This document shows, piece after piece, positions 24,593 through 38,265 of a stretch of 64,000 nt of DNA. Position 1 is the first letter of the stretch. Each line of letters opens with the position of its first letter. This DNA is from Mustelus asterias (taxonomy: Eukaryota). The translations under genes and the position numbers were made by a program. The notes under the pieces are model-generated. The model saw nothing but the letters and a program-made list of their open reading frames with translations. It did no database searches and was not told the origin of the DNA. Location of the stretch: positions 103,726,001-103,790,000 of the forward strand of contig NC_135814.1 of the NCBI RefSeq assembly GCF_964213995.1. The letters are read 5' to 3'.

Positions 24593-26479
24593 GCAGAACT
24601 TTTCTTCTAACCTTTTTTCTAGATCTAAAACAGCTGCTTTGGCTACAAATTATTGATTTATCAACAACAAACTTCACCTCTGCTCCTTAATAAAAAATCC
24701 CATTAGTTTGGTAATTACGAATACGGAATAAGATTGTAGCTACCTAGGTTTGTTTTGTTGCCTTAGCAATAGGGAGCATGTGTTCATATTTCTGTTTATT
24801 GAAATATAATTTATATCAGTTCTAACAGTTTCTGATTTTATACTTGGGCCATCGATTTTATGACCACGCACAGCAAGCAGTTATAATCGAGCAGAACTGG
24901 ACTGAAGGCCATTACATTTCAAAACCAGGGTTGGTTTTACAGCAGAACATGGCAATGTTTAGAAAGCTGCATCGCTCTGCAAGAATGCTTCACTCTGCGA
25001 GAACCACTGGGTCTGGCCAATAACCAGAGACTGTGTTTGTTCACTATCAGGGAAATACATGTTCAATTTTAAACATTTAACAAATAACTAGACAGTAGGC
25101 TAAGAGAGATCAAAAATGATGTACAAGCAACTGCTTTGCACTAGTTACACTGCTGCTTAGTGTGAAGCTTACTCAAATCAGGATTATATTCAAAGAACTC
25201 CTGTGCACACCTGAATTACACTGTAGTTTATATTTACAAAACTGAAGCTACTTTGAATCAATGAAAAATGAATACATAATTGTGATATCCTAACTTGAGC
25301 CAACTTCAGATCAGATGGACCTCCAAGTTGATATTGCAGCACTTTCACATTATTGCATCTGAATCACGACCCAAAACTGGTCTTCTCTTTCAGATGTTGG
25401 CAGACTCACTAGAAGTGTTCACAATTTTCTTTTATAATCTGCTATCTCAGAAATCTCTCCGTCTTCTTTACAGTAAGTAGGTTTGGGACAAGTTACATTT
25501 TTTTTTTTAAATGGCAGAATTCAGAAGGCTGGCAAACATAGAAACCAGAAGCAGAAGTAGGCCATTCAAGAAAAGCAGGGTTCAAATGTTGTCACTAATA
25601 TTGAGATGACCCAGTCAGCTGCCTCTGCCTTCTCTCCTTCCCCACTAAGCAAAACCATCTACAGCCCTGCATGCCTTTCAACTCTGGTCTGTCTCCAGTT
25701 TCCCCAGTTTTCAACATGCCTTCCGAGCTCACTTTGTCCTTGAAACCCATCTCTTGACTCCATGCCCACTAAATTTAAGGTCAGTCAAATGGGCCATCTA
25801 GTCCCAATGCTAGCTGATCTTGTAAATGGTTATCAATTCTCAGATCTTGTCACCTTCATTTTGAAAACCAATGATTCTAATTCTGGCTCGAGTCCTATCA
25901 AATCCTCACTATAAACCACTCTCACCCAAAGCCCTGCTGTCCACATCCTATCTCATGCACGGCTCTCACTTCCAAGTTGGAAAGTTGAGTTTCAGACCCA
26001 ATGGAAACTTCAGCACAAGATCTAAGATGATATTCCAGTGCAGTACTCATTCATCCCTGTCCATTTGTCCCTCATCAGGTGCCCTTAATTCAAGAACAAT
26101 GTGTTCTCAAGCGTCGCAGGTTTCTGCAACGGATCTTCATGTGACTTACCAGGTCGATTCGCAACTCACATTCTTGGGTATATGGGGAGGACATCTGCTT
26201 AGGGAGTGATATCTGGAGTCTAGGATTTGCTTCCTTTTATTACCGTCTCCGCTGCTGCTCTGCCTCATCAAGGGTTTGGGACCCAAAGCATGATTTAGCT
26301 AGTTGGACAGGTTGCCATTTTGAATGATTAGCAATAAGCTCTTCCCAGTCATCAAGGCCAATGCCACTGCAATTCAAGGAGAGCTTTAGAGAGTCTTTGA
26401 AGTGTTTTCTTTATCCTCCTCTGAAACACTGGCCACTTGAGAGTTACTGCTGGAATTTGGACTGCAAGACATATCAACT

Positions 26480-26775
26480 TTTGGATAGGACATTAAACAG
26501 AAGAGATATCCACCTTTCTCAGGTGAGCAAAAAAAATCTAAGAGCACTTGAAGAGGATCAGGGAACTTGAGTCCTTGCTAATACGGATTCCTCAACTAAT
26601 CACTAAAACAGACCACCTACTCATTTCTATTTTGCTGTTTGTGGGATCTTACTACGTTCAGGTTGTCGCTACATTTTCTCCATTACAACAGTGACTACAT
26701 ATCAAATGTACTTCGATTGCAGTGCTTTTAGACACCCCAGGTTGTGAGATATGCCTGATATATGGAAGTCAGTCT
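26480..26775 (+). mobile_element. Deu-domain SINE remnant
   Basis: ttggataggacattaaacaga...ttgctgtttgtgggatctt...cattacaacagtgactaca. Confidence 0.6.
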
Positions 26776-27710
26776 CCATATCTTCTAGTCTTCTATCTCC
26801 CATTAAGTCCCACTGAAGGCGAGAGCACTTTTAGAATGACTTAAATTAGACTCCTTGTCCAGGGAACTTTGTCAAAGGCACGATACAAAGGGTTTTTTGT
26901 TGAAAGCACGGCAGCAACAGAGGCAAAAAATTACCAACTACATGTTTAAGTGCTTCAGCTAGAGTGGTGGTGAAATAGGGGAAAATACAAGTGATACTGC
27001 AGCGGCACTGGTAGGTAGCTAGGATGTGGAGGCTTGCAGCTAGTTCAGGATTAAACAGAACACAAAGGTTGTGTGTGTGTTATCATCAGGTCCAGCCTGA
27101 GCACAGTCACAGATCAGAATAGAGTTAGAGCTTAAATTGCTGAAACAGATAACAGTGTAAAGAGAAGAAACCCTGCCCTCCTAAACATGCCAGATGTTGA
27201 AATGGATGTTTTCCCCATTCCTGGAAAGATCCCCAAATAGCTATTCACTCCTCTTTCCCAAAGGTTTTCCAAATATCTTTCCATTGCATCTTATTCTAAA
27301 GCAGTAAGAATTCCATTGTCACTATATTATGCATTTTAATCATCTGATCTATTTTTAAAAGCTATTATTGGGAAACAACAGCAGCTCTATGTGCTTGGTG
27401 AAGCCATACAAGAAGAGGTAAAGTCAGTCAGCCTGTGTCACGGGATATCTATAGCCACAATCTCTAGCCAGTGCATACTTCTCTCCTTGCTGAATCCAGA
27501 TGCCCAGTTTGCAGCAAATAAAAACTGAATCCAGATGAGATTAGGTGCCGTTTCACATAACCCCAAGTTTCAATTTTCCATCTGGTAGTCAAACAAGTAT
27601 GCAGACTGGACAATTCCGACCATGGCTTTGTCAAGACTCATGTTCATAGCCTTTTGTATAAAGTGTAGAGCTTATTCCCTTCAATTTTCAAAGTTTAAAC
27701 ATCTTGTGCT

Positions 27711-27987
27711 CAAGTTTCAAAGTTTATTTATTAGTGTCACAAGTAGGCTTACATTAACACCGCAATGAAGTCACTGTGAAAATCCCCTAGTCGCCACTCT
27801 CTGGCACCTGTTCAGCTACACTGAGGGAGAATTTAGCATGGCCAACCACCTAACCAGCATGTCTTTTGGACTGTGGGAGGAAACCCACGCAGACACGGGG
27901 AGAACGTGCAGACTCCACACAGACAGTGACCCAAGCTGGGAATCAAACCCGGGTCCCTGGCGTTGTGAGGTAGCAGTGCTAACCACT
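27711..27987 (-). mobile_element. HE1-like SINE (tail B)
   Basis: aagtttatttattagtgtcacaagtaggcttacattaacac...core...agtgctaaccac. Confidence 0.9.
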
Positions 27988-28547
27988 TGTATCTCTAAAT
28001 TTGGAAATCCTGCGCAATATCTGCACAGGATTGTTTCTGTATTGAAACCAGTCTCCATACCCAACCAACTCAATTTAAAAAAAGAATTTACCAGCTTCTA
28101 TTTTTACCTATTTTCAGCCTTACAAAAAATGAGACTAAAGGTGGCACCCTCGAGTCCATTAGCAGTCTTCCTCCTTGTAATTTTCCACTGAATCTACTCC
28201 AATACATTAATAGTCCCTATAGAGGCAAACTGACTCTGACTGTGACCAGGAACTAGGATCTACGTAATTACGAGCAAATTCAATCCACATTGTCCTCCAG
28301 ACTGCAACTTAAATCACACATGGTGCAAGAAATTCGGGGACATTGTTTACCAGCTGGAACCCAGAGCATACATGAGTCATCAGGGAGGATCTTAGAGTTA
28401 TTAGATCATTACAGCACAGGAAGAGGCAATTCAGCCCACCAAGAAACAAAAGGAATTTGTCATTACATAACTCCATATTCAAATCATTCCAAAGTTCTTT
28501 GCAACGAAAGTTTAAAGTTTATTTATTAGTGTCACAAGTCGGCCTAC

Positions 28548-31500
28548 AAAGAACAAAGAACAATACAGCACAGGAACAGGCCCTTCGGCCCTCCAAGCCC
28601 ACGCCGCTCCCTGGTCCAAACTAGACCATTCTTTTGTATCCCTCCATTCCCACTCCGTTCATATGGCTGTCTAGATAAGTCTTAAACGTTCCCAGTGTGT
28701 CCGCCTCCACCACCTTGCCTGGCAGCGCATTCCAGGCCCCCACCACCCTCTGTGTAAAATATGTCCTTCTGATATCTGTGTTAAATCTCCCCCCCTTCAC
28801 CTTGAACCTATGACCCCTCGTGAACGTCACCACCGACCTGGGGAAAAGCTTCCCACCGTTCACCCTATCTATGCCTTTCATAATTTTATACACCTCTATT
28901 AAGTCTCCCCTCATCCTCCGTCTTTCCAGGGAGAACAACTCCAGTTTACCCAATCTCTCCTCATAACTAAGCCCCTCCATACCAGGCAACATCCTGGTAA
29001 ACCTCCTCTGTACTCTCTCCAAAGCCTCCACGTCCTTCTGGTAGTGTGGCGACCAGAACTGGACGCAGTATTCCAAATGCGGCCGAACCAACATCTGCAA
29101 CATCAGACCCCAACTTTTATACTCTATGCCCCGTCCTATAAAGGCAAGCATGCCATATGCCTTCTTCACCACCTTCTCCACCTGTGACGTCACCTTCAAG
29201 GATCTGTGGACTTGCACACCCAGGTCCCTCTGCGTATCTACATCCTTTATGGTTCTGCCATTTATCGTATAGCTTCTCCCTACATTATTTCTACCAAAAT
29301 GCATCACTTCGCATTTATCAGGATTGAACTCCATCTGCCATTTCTTTACCCAAATTTCCAGCTTATCTATAAGACCATAAGACATAGGAGCGGAAGTAAG
29401 GCCATTCGGCCCATCGAGTCCACTCCACCATTCAATCATGGTTGATTTCAACTCCATTTACCCGCTCTCTCCCCATAGCCCTTAATTCCTCGAGAAATCA
29501 AGAATTTATCCTTCTGTAGCCTCTGACAATGCTCCTCACTATCTGCAAGTCCTGCCAATTTTGTGTCGTCCGCAAACTTACTGATCACCCCAGTTACACC
29601 TTCTTCCAGATCGTTTATATAAGTCACAAACAGCAGAGGTCCCAATACAGAGCCCTGCGGAACACCACTAGTCACAGGCCTCCAGCCGGAAAAAGACCCT
29701 TCCACTACCACCCTCTGTCTTCTGTGACCAAGCCAGTTCTCCACCCATCTAGCCACCTCCCCCTTTATCCCATGAGATCCAACCTTTTTCACCATGAGGG
29801 ACTTTGTCAAACGCTTTACTAAAGTCCATATAGACGACATCCACGGCCCTTCCCTCGTCAACCATTCTGGTCACTTCTTCAAAAAACTCCACCAGGTTAG
29901 TGAGGCATGACCTTCCTCTCACAAAACCATGCTGACTATCGTTAATGAGTTTATTCCTTTCTAAATGCGCATACATCCTATCTCTAAGAATCTTCTCCAA
30001 CAACTTCCCCACCACGGACTTCAAGCTCACCGGCCTATAATTACCCGGGTTATCCTTCCTACCCTTCTTAAATAACGGGACCACATTAGCTATCCTCCAA
30101 TCCTCTGGGACCTCCCCTGCGTCCAGTGACGAGACAAAGATTTGCGTCAGAGGCCCAGCGATTTCATCTCTCATCTCCCTGAGCAGCCTTGGATAGATTC
30201 CATTAGGCCCTGGAGATTTGTCAGTCTTTATACTCTCTAACAAACCTAACACTTCCTCCCTTGTAATAGAGATTTTCTCCAACAGTTCAACACTCCCCTC
30301 CGAGACACTCCCAGTCAACACATCCCTCTCCTTTGTGAATACCGACGCAAAGTATTCATTTAGGATCTCCCCTACTTCTTTGGGCTCCAAGCATAATTCC
30401 CCACTTTTGTCCCTGAGAGGTCCGATTTTTTCCCTGACAACCCTTTTGTTCCTAATGTATGAATAAAATGCCTTGGGATTCTCCTTAATCCTGTCTGCCA
30501 AGAACATTTCGTGACCCCTTTTTGCCCTTCTAATTCCCCGTTTGAGTTCTTTCCTACTTTCTTTGTACTCCTCCAGAGCTCCCTCCGTTTTTAGCTGCCT
30601 GGACCTAACATACGCCTCTCTTTTCTTTTTGACCAGTCCCTCAATTTCCCTGGTTATCCACGGTTCTCGAATCCTACCCTTCCTATCCTTCTTTTTTACA
30701 GGCACATGCCTGCCTGTAGCCCTAACAACTGTTCCTTAAAAGACTCCCACATGCCAGATGTGGATTTACCTTCAAACAGCCTCTCCCAATCAAGAGCTGC
30801 CAATTTCTGCCTAATCCCACTAAAGTTAGCCTTCCCCCAATCCAACACCTTACCCTTGGGACACCACTCATCCTTTTCCATCACTATCCTAAAACTAACA
30901 GAATTGTGGTCACTATTTGCCACATGTTCCCCTACCGAAACTTTGAAGACCTGACTGGGCTCATTCCCCAGTACTAGGTCCAGTATAGCCCCCTCTCTAG
31001 TCGGGCTATCTACATATTGTTCCAAAGAACCCTCCTGTACGCATTTTACAAATTCCTCCCCATTCAGAGTCCCAGCTCTCAGCGATTTCCAGTGTTTACC
31101 AGGGAAATTGAAGTCTCCCACTACAACAACCCTATTTTTCCTGCACCTATCCAGTATCTCCTGACATATCCGTTCTTCCACTTCCCTTGGGCTGTTGGGG
31201 GGCCTGTGGTACACCCCCAACATAGTGACTGCGCCCTTCCTGTTTCTAAGCTCCACCCAGAGTGACTCGTTACACGACCCCTCTGAATTGTCCTCCCTCT
31301 GCACCGCTGTAATATGCTCTCCAACTCATACTGCTACTCCCCCACCTCTTTTGGACCCTCCTCTGTCTCGTCTAAAACACTTGTACCCCGGAATATTCAG
31401 CTGCCAATCCTGTCCCTCTTTCAACCAAGTCTCTGTCACCGCAACCACATCCAAATTCCTCGTGAGCATTAGGCCCTACGTTCGTCTGTCTTACCTGCTA

Positions 31501-31947
31501 CGCTCCTTGCATTGAAGTATAAGCACTCCAGACCTCCAGGCCCAGTGAGGTCATCCTCCCCCAGAGTGCTCTTCTTCTTTGCCAGCCTTGTCCCAGCCCC
31601 AAGCTCGTCCCCAGCCTCTACATTTGTAGACCTAATATTTTGATCCCCACCCCCCTGCCATACTAGTTTAAACCCCCCCCGAACTGCACTAGCAAAACTC
31701 CCAGCCAGGATATTCATGCCCTTCCAACTTAGTTGTGACCCGTCCTTCTTGTACAGGTGCCATCCTCTCCTGAAAACTTCCCATTGATCTAGGAAAATGA
31801 AGCCCTCCCTCCTGGACCAGTCCTTTAGCCAAGCATTCAATTGTACTAACTCCCTATTCTTAGCCTCACTGGCACGAGGCATTGGGAGCAGCCCAGAGAT
31901 GGCCACCCTGGAGGCCCTACTTTTTAGCCTATTTCCCAACTCCCTGA
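28548..31947 (-). mobile_element. CR1 LINE, ~3.4 kb, 5'-truncated in ORF1 (SGNH esterase-like); ORF2 APE endonuclease + RT, frameshifted
   Basis: ORF1 remnant VAISGLLP...WHLYKKDG; endonuclease YFNARS, VGDFN, SDHN; [40 protein letters not shown]; tail (aagaaca)n. Contains a short CR1 tail insert at ~29367-29510. Confidence 0.97.
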
Positions 31948-32054
31948 ATTGACACTGCAATGAAGTTACTGTGAAAATTCCATAGTCGCCACACTCCGGC
32001 TCCTGTTCGGGTACACTGAGGGACAATTTAGCATGGCCAATGCACCTAACCACG
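31948..32054 (-). mobile_element. Tail-B SINE fragment split by the CR1 (other part at 28508-28547)
   Basis: agtcggcctac | attgacactgcaatgaag rejoins to the consensus agtaggcttacattaacactgcaatgaag. Confidence 0.85.
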
Positions 32055-32190
32055 TAACTAATAAACCACTTCTGAAGTACAGTCACTCGTTAGTTACATC
32101 AGCAAAGTCAATTTACACACAAGATCCCACAAACAGCAAATAATGGTAGCAACAAATATATCGCAGTATTTCATAGAATAATAGTGTAGG

Positions 32191-32873
32191 AACAAAGAAC
32201 AAAGAACAATACAGCACAGGAACAGGCCCTTCGGCCCTCCAAGCCCACGCCGCTCCCTGGTCCAAACTAGACCATTCTTTTGTATCCCTCCATTCCCACT
32301 CCATTCATATGGCTGTCTAGATAAGTCTTAAACGTTCCCAATGTGTCCGCCTCCACCACCTTGCCTGGCAGCGCATTCCAGGCCCCCACCACCCTCTGTG
32401 TAAAATATGTCCTTCTGATATCTGTGTTAAACCTCCCCCCCTTCACCTTGAACCTATGACCCCTCGTGAACATCACCACCGACCTGGGGAAAAGCTTCCC
32501 ACCGTTCACCCTATCTATGCCTTTCATAATTTTATACACCTCTATTAAGTCTCCCCTCATCCTCCGTCTTTCCAGGGAGAACAACCCCAGTTTACCCAAT
32601 CTCTCCTCATAACTAAGCCCCTCCATACCAGGCAACATCCTGGTAAACCTCCTCTGTACTCTCTCCCAAGCCTCCACGTCCTTCTGGTAGTGTGGCGACC
32701 AGAACTGGACGCAGTATTCCAGATGCGGCCGAACCAACGTTCTACACATCTGCAACATCAGACCCCAACTTTTATACTCTATGCCCCGTCCTATAAAGGC
32801 AAGCATGCCATATGCCTTCTTCACCACCTTCTCCACCTGTGACGTCACTTTCAAGGATCTGTGGACTTGCACA
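32191..32873 (-). mobile_element. CR1 LINE 3' fragment, near-identical to 28548-29215
   Basis: ORF 32267-32872 is almost the same as the C-terminus of ORF 28621-29457; same tail. Confidence 0.97.
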
Positions 32874-32879
32874 GGTGTG

Positions 32880-35080
32880 CAAGGAGGCCACTTGACCCAT
32901 CATGCCTGTACCAGCACTATCCAAAAGTGAGCTAATTAATTTCATCTTCTGCTTTGCCCATAGCCCTGCAAATTTTTTTCAAGCATTTATTCAATTTCCT
33001 TTTGAAAGTTACTGCTGAATCTGCTAGGCAGTGCATTCCAGATCACAACTACTTGTTGCATAAATATATTTTTTCTCTGGCTCTTTTGCCAATTACTTCA
33101 AGTCGGTGCCTGCTGATTACAACCCTCCTGCCAGTGGAAACAGTTGAAAGATGTAAATCCATTGGAGGTAGTTCAGAGAAAGTTTACAATACCAATACCT
33201 GGAATGAGTGAGTTGTCTTATGAGGAAAAGGTTGGACAAGCTTGGCTTGTATCTGCTGAAGTTTAGAAGACTAAGGTGACTTGATTGAAACAGATCCTGA
33301 TGGGTCTTGACAAGGTGGATGCGGAGAGGATGTTTCCTCTTGTGGGACAATCTGGAACCAGGGGTCACTGTTTAAAAACAAAAGACTCGTCCCTTTAAAG
33401 GTAGAGAGGAGGAGAAATCTATTCTCTGAGAGTCTTGAATCTTTGGAACTCTCATGGAAACATAGAAGACAGGAGCAGGAGGAGGCCATTCGGCCCTTCG
33501 AGCCTGCTCTGCCATTCATCACGATCATGACTGATCGTCCAACTCAATAGCCTAATCCTGCTTTCTCCCCATAACCTTTGATCCTATTCGCCTCAAGTGC
33601 TATATCCAGCTGCCTCTTGAATACATTCAATGTTTTGGCATCAACTACTTCTTGGGGTAATGAATTCCACAGGCTCACCACTCTTTGGGTGAAGAAATGT
33701 CTTCCACAAAAGGCAGTGTCTTTAAATATTTTTAAGGCAGGGGTGAAAGTTTATCGGGGTAGGTAGGAATGAGGTTGACGCTACAATCAGACCAGCCACA
33801 ATCTTAATGAATGGTGGAGCAGGCTCATGGGGACAATTGGCCTACTTCTGCTCCTAATTCGTATGTTCCTATGTATCTTGTTAGCTCTACTGAAATCCTT
33901 CCTAATTTTGAACACCTCTAATAAATCTTCCCTTAACCATTGTTGCTGCAAATAAAGGCGAGAAAGAACAACTTCTCCAGTTTCAAAGCCCTTCATTCCT
34001 GCTACCATTCTAATAATTCTCCTCTACACCCTCTCCAAGGCTTCCTAAAGTATGGCGCCTCATACTGGACAAAATATTCCAGTTGAGGCTTAACCAGTGA
34101 TTCGTAAAACATTTACCACAACTTCCTTGCTTTTGTACTCTGTGCCAAAACATAATACAACACTTCCCTGCATTAAATTTCATCTGTAAGAAGTTTAACA
34201 CCACCAGGTTAAAGTCCAACAGGTTTATTTGGCTCTCTTGCCACACTGGCTTTTGCTACCAAATAAACCTGTTGGACTTTAACCTGGTGTTGTTAAACTT
34301 CTTACTGTGTTTACCCCAGTCCAACGCCGGCATCTCCACATCTTAAATTTCATCTGCCATTCGTCTCTGTCCATGCCCTCCCGAAAGCTGCTACCTCCTG
34401 AGTGTTCATTACATTTCTGTGTTGCAGCTCACCTACTACCACTGAAATATTGCCCTCTGTAGCCAAGTCCAAGTTATTAATATACACCAAAAGAGCAGTG
34501 GTTCTCATGCTATCCCCCGCAGGGACATCACTGTATACTTCTCTTCGCTCTGAACAACCACTTTCTGTTCCTTAGCCAAATTTGTATCTACACTGCCATT
34601 GTTCCTTTAATCCCACAGGCTTCAGTTTGTTAACAAATTTCTTATGCAGTACTTAAAGCACCTTTTGAAAGTCCATATGCAGAACATCAACTGCACTACC
34701 CTCATTAACCATCTCTGTTACTTCAAAGAACCTTACCAAGATTGTAAAACTACCCGTGTTAACAAATACCCCACCACTAATGTTAAATTTAGTGCCTGTA
34801 GTTACCAGGTCTATCCTGCTCCCATTTTTTGAATAGGTGTGTAAGATTTGCGGTCCTCCAATCTCTGGCACTACTCCCATAATTAAAGAAGGTTTTAGTT
34901 TGAGGGCCACCCATGATGCATCCCATTCAGAAGTGACTTTTTGACTTGGATTGCTACCAACCATTAAAGTACTCCATATTTTTATCCCATCCAATTTCTC
35001 TGTCCGTACCTTATTTAATGATCAGCTAACATCCTCTTCTATTCTGAGAAGTGCTCATTTAGTACCTCAGCCATGTCCAC
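32880..35080. mobile_element. Cluster of older CR1 fragments in both orientations
   Basis: Remnants AVDVLHMDFQK (34653-34994), REDLLEVFKI, FNAGKC, and several CR1 tails. Confidence 0.75.
34187..34342 (+). mobile_element. Palindromic Penelope-like mini-element (family P2), hammerhead part missing
   Basis: Inverted arms 34186-34232 and 34259-34305; 14-bp direct repeat ttaaatttcatctg at 34173-34186 and 34343-34356; 3' end ccccagtccaacgccggcatctccacatc. Confidence 0.75.
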
Positions 35081-35659
35081 TTGACTGATGGATGATTAGG
35101 AGAGGCGCAATAAATATACACGGTCAGCTATGTGGAAAGACAGCAATATGCTTTGACCGAATAAGAATAATACTTCTGACCTTTATTTGATAACCAAATT
35201 AATCCATTTAAAATTGGTTCCAACTCAATGGCAGATTTCACCGTCCTTTCTGAAGTGAAATGGTTTGTACACATACAGTCTTTGACAAGAAGCATCTGCT
35301 GCATGTGGGATATGAGAAAAATACATTATGTTCCACCAAAGTCATCTTCACCTGATCAGCACTTACCAATCCACTTAAAACAAGAAATCAATGATCACAA
35401 CATTACACTCAAGTTACAAGAATGCTTCCAAGGTCAAAGAAACCGCAACAATTGATTACTTTTCAAGATCAGCTTTCATTGAAAGGTTCCTCGCAACAAG
35501 TTGCACTTATGTCTGGACTTTTTTTTTGGAAATGTTGTACTCTTCATGCCATTAACATGTTGAATCTTCCAGGACAACCTTGAAATGAGGGAAGGGCGAC
35601 TTTCTTTTTGCATTGATCAAGGACTTTACTGAAGTCAGGAGCTCCCACCCAAGCTGCTT

Positions 35660-36015
35660 TAATAACAATCAATACTTTTCAGTGTAGTCATTGTTATACG
35701 GGCAAATGCGGCTTCCAATTGGTTTTCAGAACTCGTCCACACATGACAAATGAATGCTTGATCAGGTTTCAGTGAGGCTGGATGAGGGAAGAATGTTGGA
35801 CAAGTTACTAAGAGAACTCATTTGTGAACAGTGCTGTGGCATCATTTACATCCACCCAAGCAAACACAGTGACCTTAGTTAGAGGTTCTCCCTTTTGGGT
35901 GAAACATGAAACTTAGAGGGGTCATTTGCTTATCGGCACAGTTATGGAGCATCAGACTGGATTTTATGCTCAAGGCAGCTGCAGGGTTTGAACCACAACT
36001 TTGGACTCCGGTGAA
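35660..36015 (-). mobile_element. Deu-domain SINE remnant
   Basis: Reverse-strand similarity to 20516-20935 and 44590-44905. Confidence 0.45.
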
Positions 36016-36017
36016 CT

Positions 36018-36330
36018 CATAGAATCATAGAATCCCTACAGTGCAGAAAGAGGCCATTTGGCCCATTGAGTCTGCACTGACAAATCCCACCCAGCACCTA
36101 TCCCTGTAACCCCATGTACCCTGCTAATCTCCCTGACACTAAGGGGCAATGTAGCATGGCCAATCCACCTAACCTGGACATTTTTGGACTGTGGGAGGAA
36201 ACAGGAGCACCCGGAGGAAACCCATGCAGACACAGAGAGAATGTGCAAACTCCCGACAGCTACCCAAGCCGGCAATTGAACTCGGGTCCCTGGCGTTGTG
36301 AGGCAGCAGTGCTAACCACTGTGCATCCCA
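36018..36330 (-). mobile_element. HE1-like SINE (tail A)
   Basis: Reverse complement of the consensus. Confidence 0.9.
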
Positions 36331-36419
36331 TTGTGCTAACTCAGAGAAGCCAACAGGTGGAGATCAGTGTGCATTTAGGTTTCAGCATCCATTATAATTA
36401 AGTGTCAGAAAGAGCATTA

Positions 36420-37167
36420 TGGGTGGCACAGTGGTTAGCACTGCTGCCACACAGCATCAGGGACCTAGGTCCAATTTCAGCATTGGGTTACTGTCTGTGC
36501 GAGTTTGCACATTCTCCCCCTGTCTGCGTGGGTTTCCTCCGGGTGCTCCGATTTCTTCCCACAGTCCAAAGATGTATGGGTTAGGTTGAATGGCCATGTT
36601 AAAAATTGACCCCAGTATCAGGGGATTAGCAGGGTAAATATGGGGGGGGGGTTACGGGAATAGGGCCAGGGTGGGATTCTGATTGGTGCGGACTCAATGG
36701 GCCAAGGGAGATGGTGGCGTAGTGGTAATATCATTGGACTAGTAATCTGGTGATCCTAACCCTCATAAGACATGGGTTCAAATCCTACTGTGACACTAGG
36801 GGCGGCACGGTGGCGCAGTGGTTAGCACTGCTGCCTCACAGCGCCAGGGACCCTGGTTCAATTCCGGCTTCAGTCACTGTCTGTGGGGAGTCTGCACTTT
36901 CTCCCCGTGTCTGCGTGGGTTTTCTCCGGGTGCTCCGGTTTCTTCCCACACTCCAACAACGTGTGGGTTAGGTGGACTGGCTGTGCTAAATTGACCCTAG
37001 TGCCAGAGTATTGATGGGGTAAATGTGTAGGGTTGCGGGAATAGGGCTTGGGTGAGATTGTGGTCGGTGCAGACTCAATGGGCCAAATGGCCTCCTGTAC
37101 TGAAGGGGGTTCTATGATTCTATGATGAAATAGCCTTCTTCTGCACTTAGGGATTCTGTGATTCTAT
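36420..37167 (+). mobile_element. Nested SINEs: HE1-like (36420-36705 + 37126-37167) interrupted by a second-family head (36706-36797) and another HE1-like copy (36798-37125)
   Basis: The first tail breaks at gggcca and resumes as aatagccttcttctgcacttagggattctgtgattcta after the second copy. Confidence 0.75.
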
Positions 37168-37789
37168 AAAGGAAAGGCAATTCAGTTATTCATTATTTTC
37201 TGCCCAAAAATTCAAAATGCAACATTCTGACTGCACTTGGCAGTAAAATGTAATTCCTCATCTTTCACTATCATGTGGAATTGGCTGCGTCACAAGTTTT
37301 CTCCCCTCCTGAAGGGGCTAACTCTGAATGGAATACATATCTCCAAACACCAGCAGCCCCTTGGCACCCAGCCAGAGTGCCTCTCCTTCAGTGTGAGGCT
37401 AAAGTCTCATTGTCGGCAATATAGTAACTTGTAGATGAGAGGAAACCCACACTTTACTGACATTCTCCATAAAGGACTTATCAACAGAATTCAACAAGGG
37501 CAGGAACCCTGGCAGATGACCCTCACTGGACTTGATTGACAGGATGGCTGGTGAGAGGATGTTTCCCCTTGTGGGAGATACTAGAAATGGGGGGCACAAT
37601 TTAAAAATAAGGGGTCTTCCATTTAAGATGGGGATGAGGAGAATTTTTTTCTGAGGATTGTTATAGTCTGTGAAGTTCTCTTCCCCAGGGAGTAGTGGTG
37701 GCTGGATCGTTGAATATTTTTAAGGTTGAGTTAGATAGATTCTTGATTGGCATGGAATAGATACACAGTCCATTGGAGCAAACTCACCA

Positions 37790-38265
37790 CAAGCATTCTT
37801 TCTGGTTGTATCACAGCTTGGTATGGGCTCCTGCTCTGCCCAAGACCACAAGAAACTACAAAGGGTTGTGAATGTAGCCCAGTCCATAACTCAAACCAGC
37901 CTCCCACCCATTGACTCTGTCTACACTTCTTGCTGCCTCGGAAAAGCAGCCAGCATAATCAAGGATCCCACGCACCCCGGACATTCTCTCTTCCACCTTC
38001 TTCCGTTGGGAAAAAGACACAAAAGTCTGAGGTCGCATACCAAACGACTCAAAAACAGCTTCTTCCCTGCTGCCATCAGACATTTGAATGGACCTACCTC
38101 ACCTTAAGTTGATCTTACCCTACACCCCAGCTATGACTGTAACACTCACTATATTCTGCACGCTCTCCTTTCCTTCCCTATGTATGGTATGGTTTGTCTG
38201 TATAGCATGCAAGACTTTTCACTGTATCCCAGTACATGTGACAAATCAAGTCACAAGTCACAAAA
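37790..38265 (+). mobile_element. Rex1/Babar-like LINE 3' fragment
   Basis: KKLQRVVNVAQSITQTSLP...RLKNSFFPAAIR; same family as 57248-58417. Confidence 0.9.

Noticed and set aside
28621-32086. Intact or domesticated reverse transcriptase gene
   Set aside because: Multiple frameshifts, an internal insertion and 5' truncation; an ordinary dead CR1. ORF 28621-29457 is a chimera with the inserted tail.
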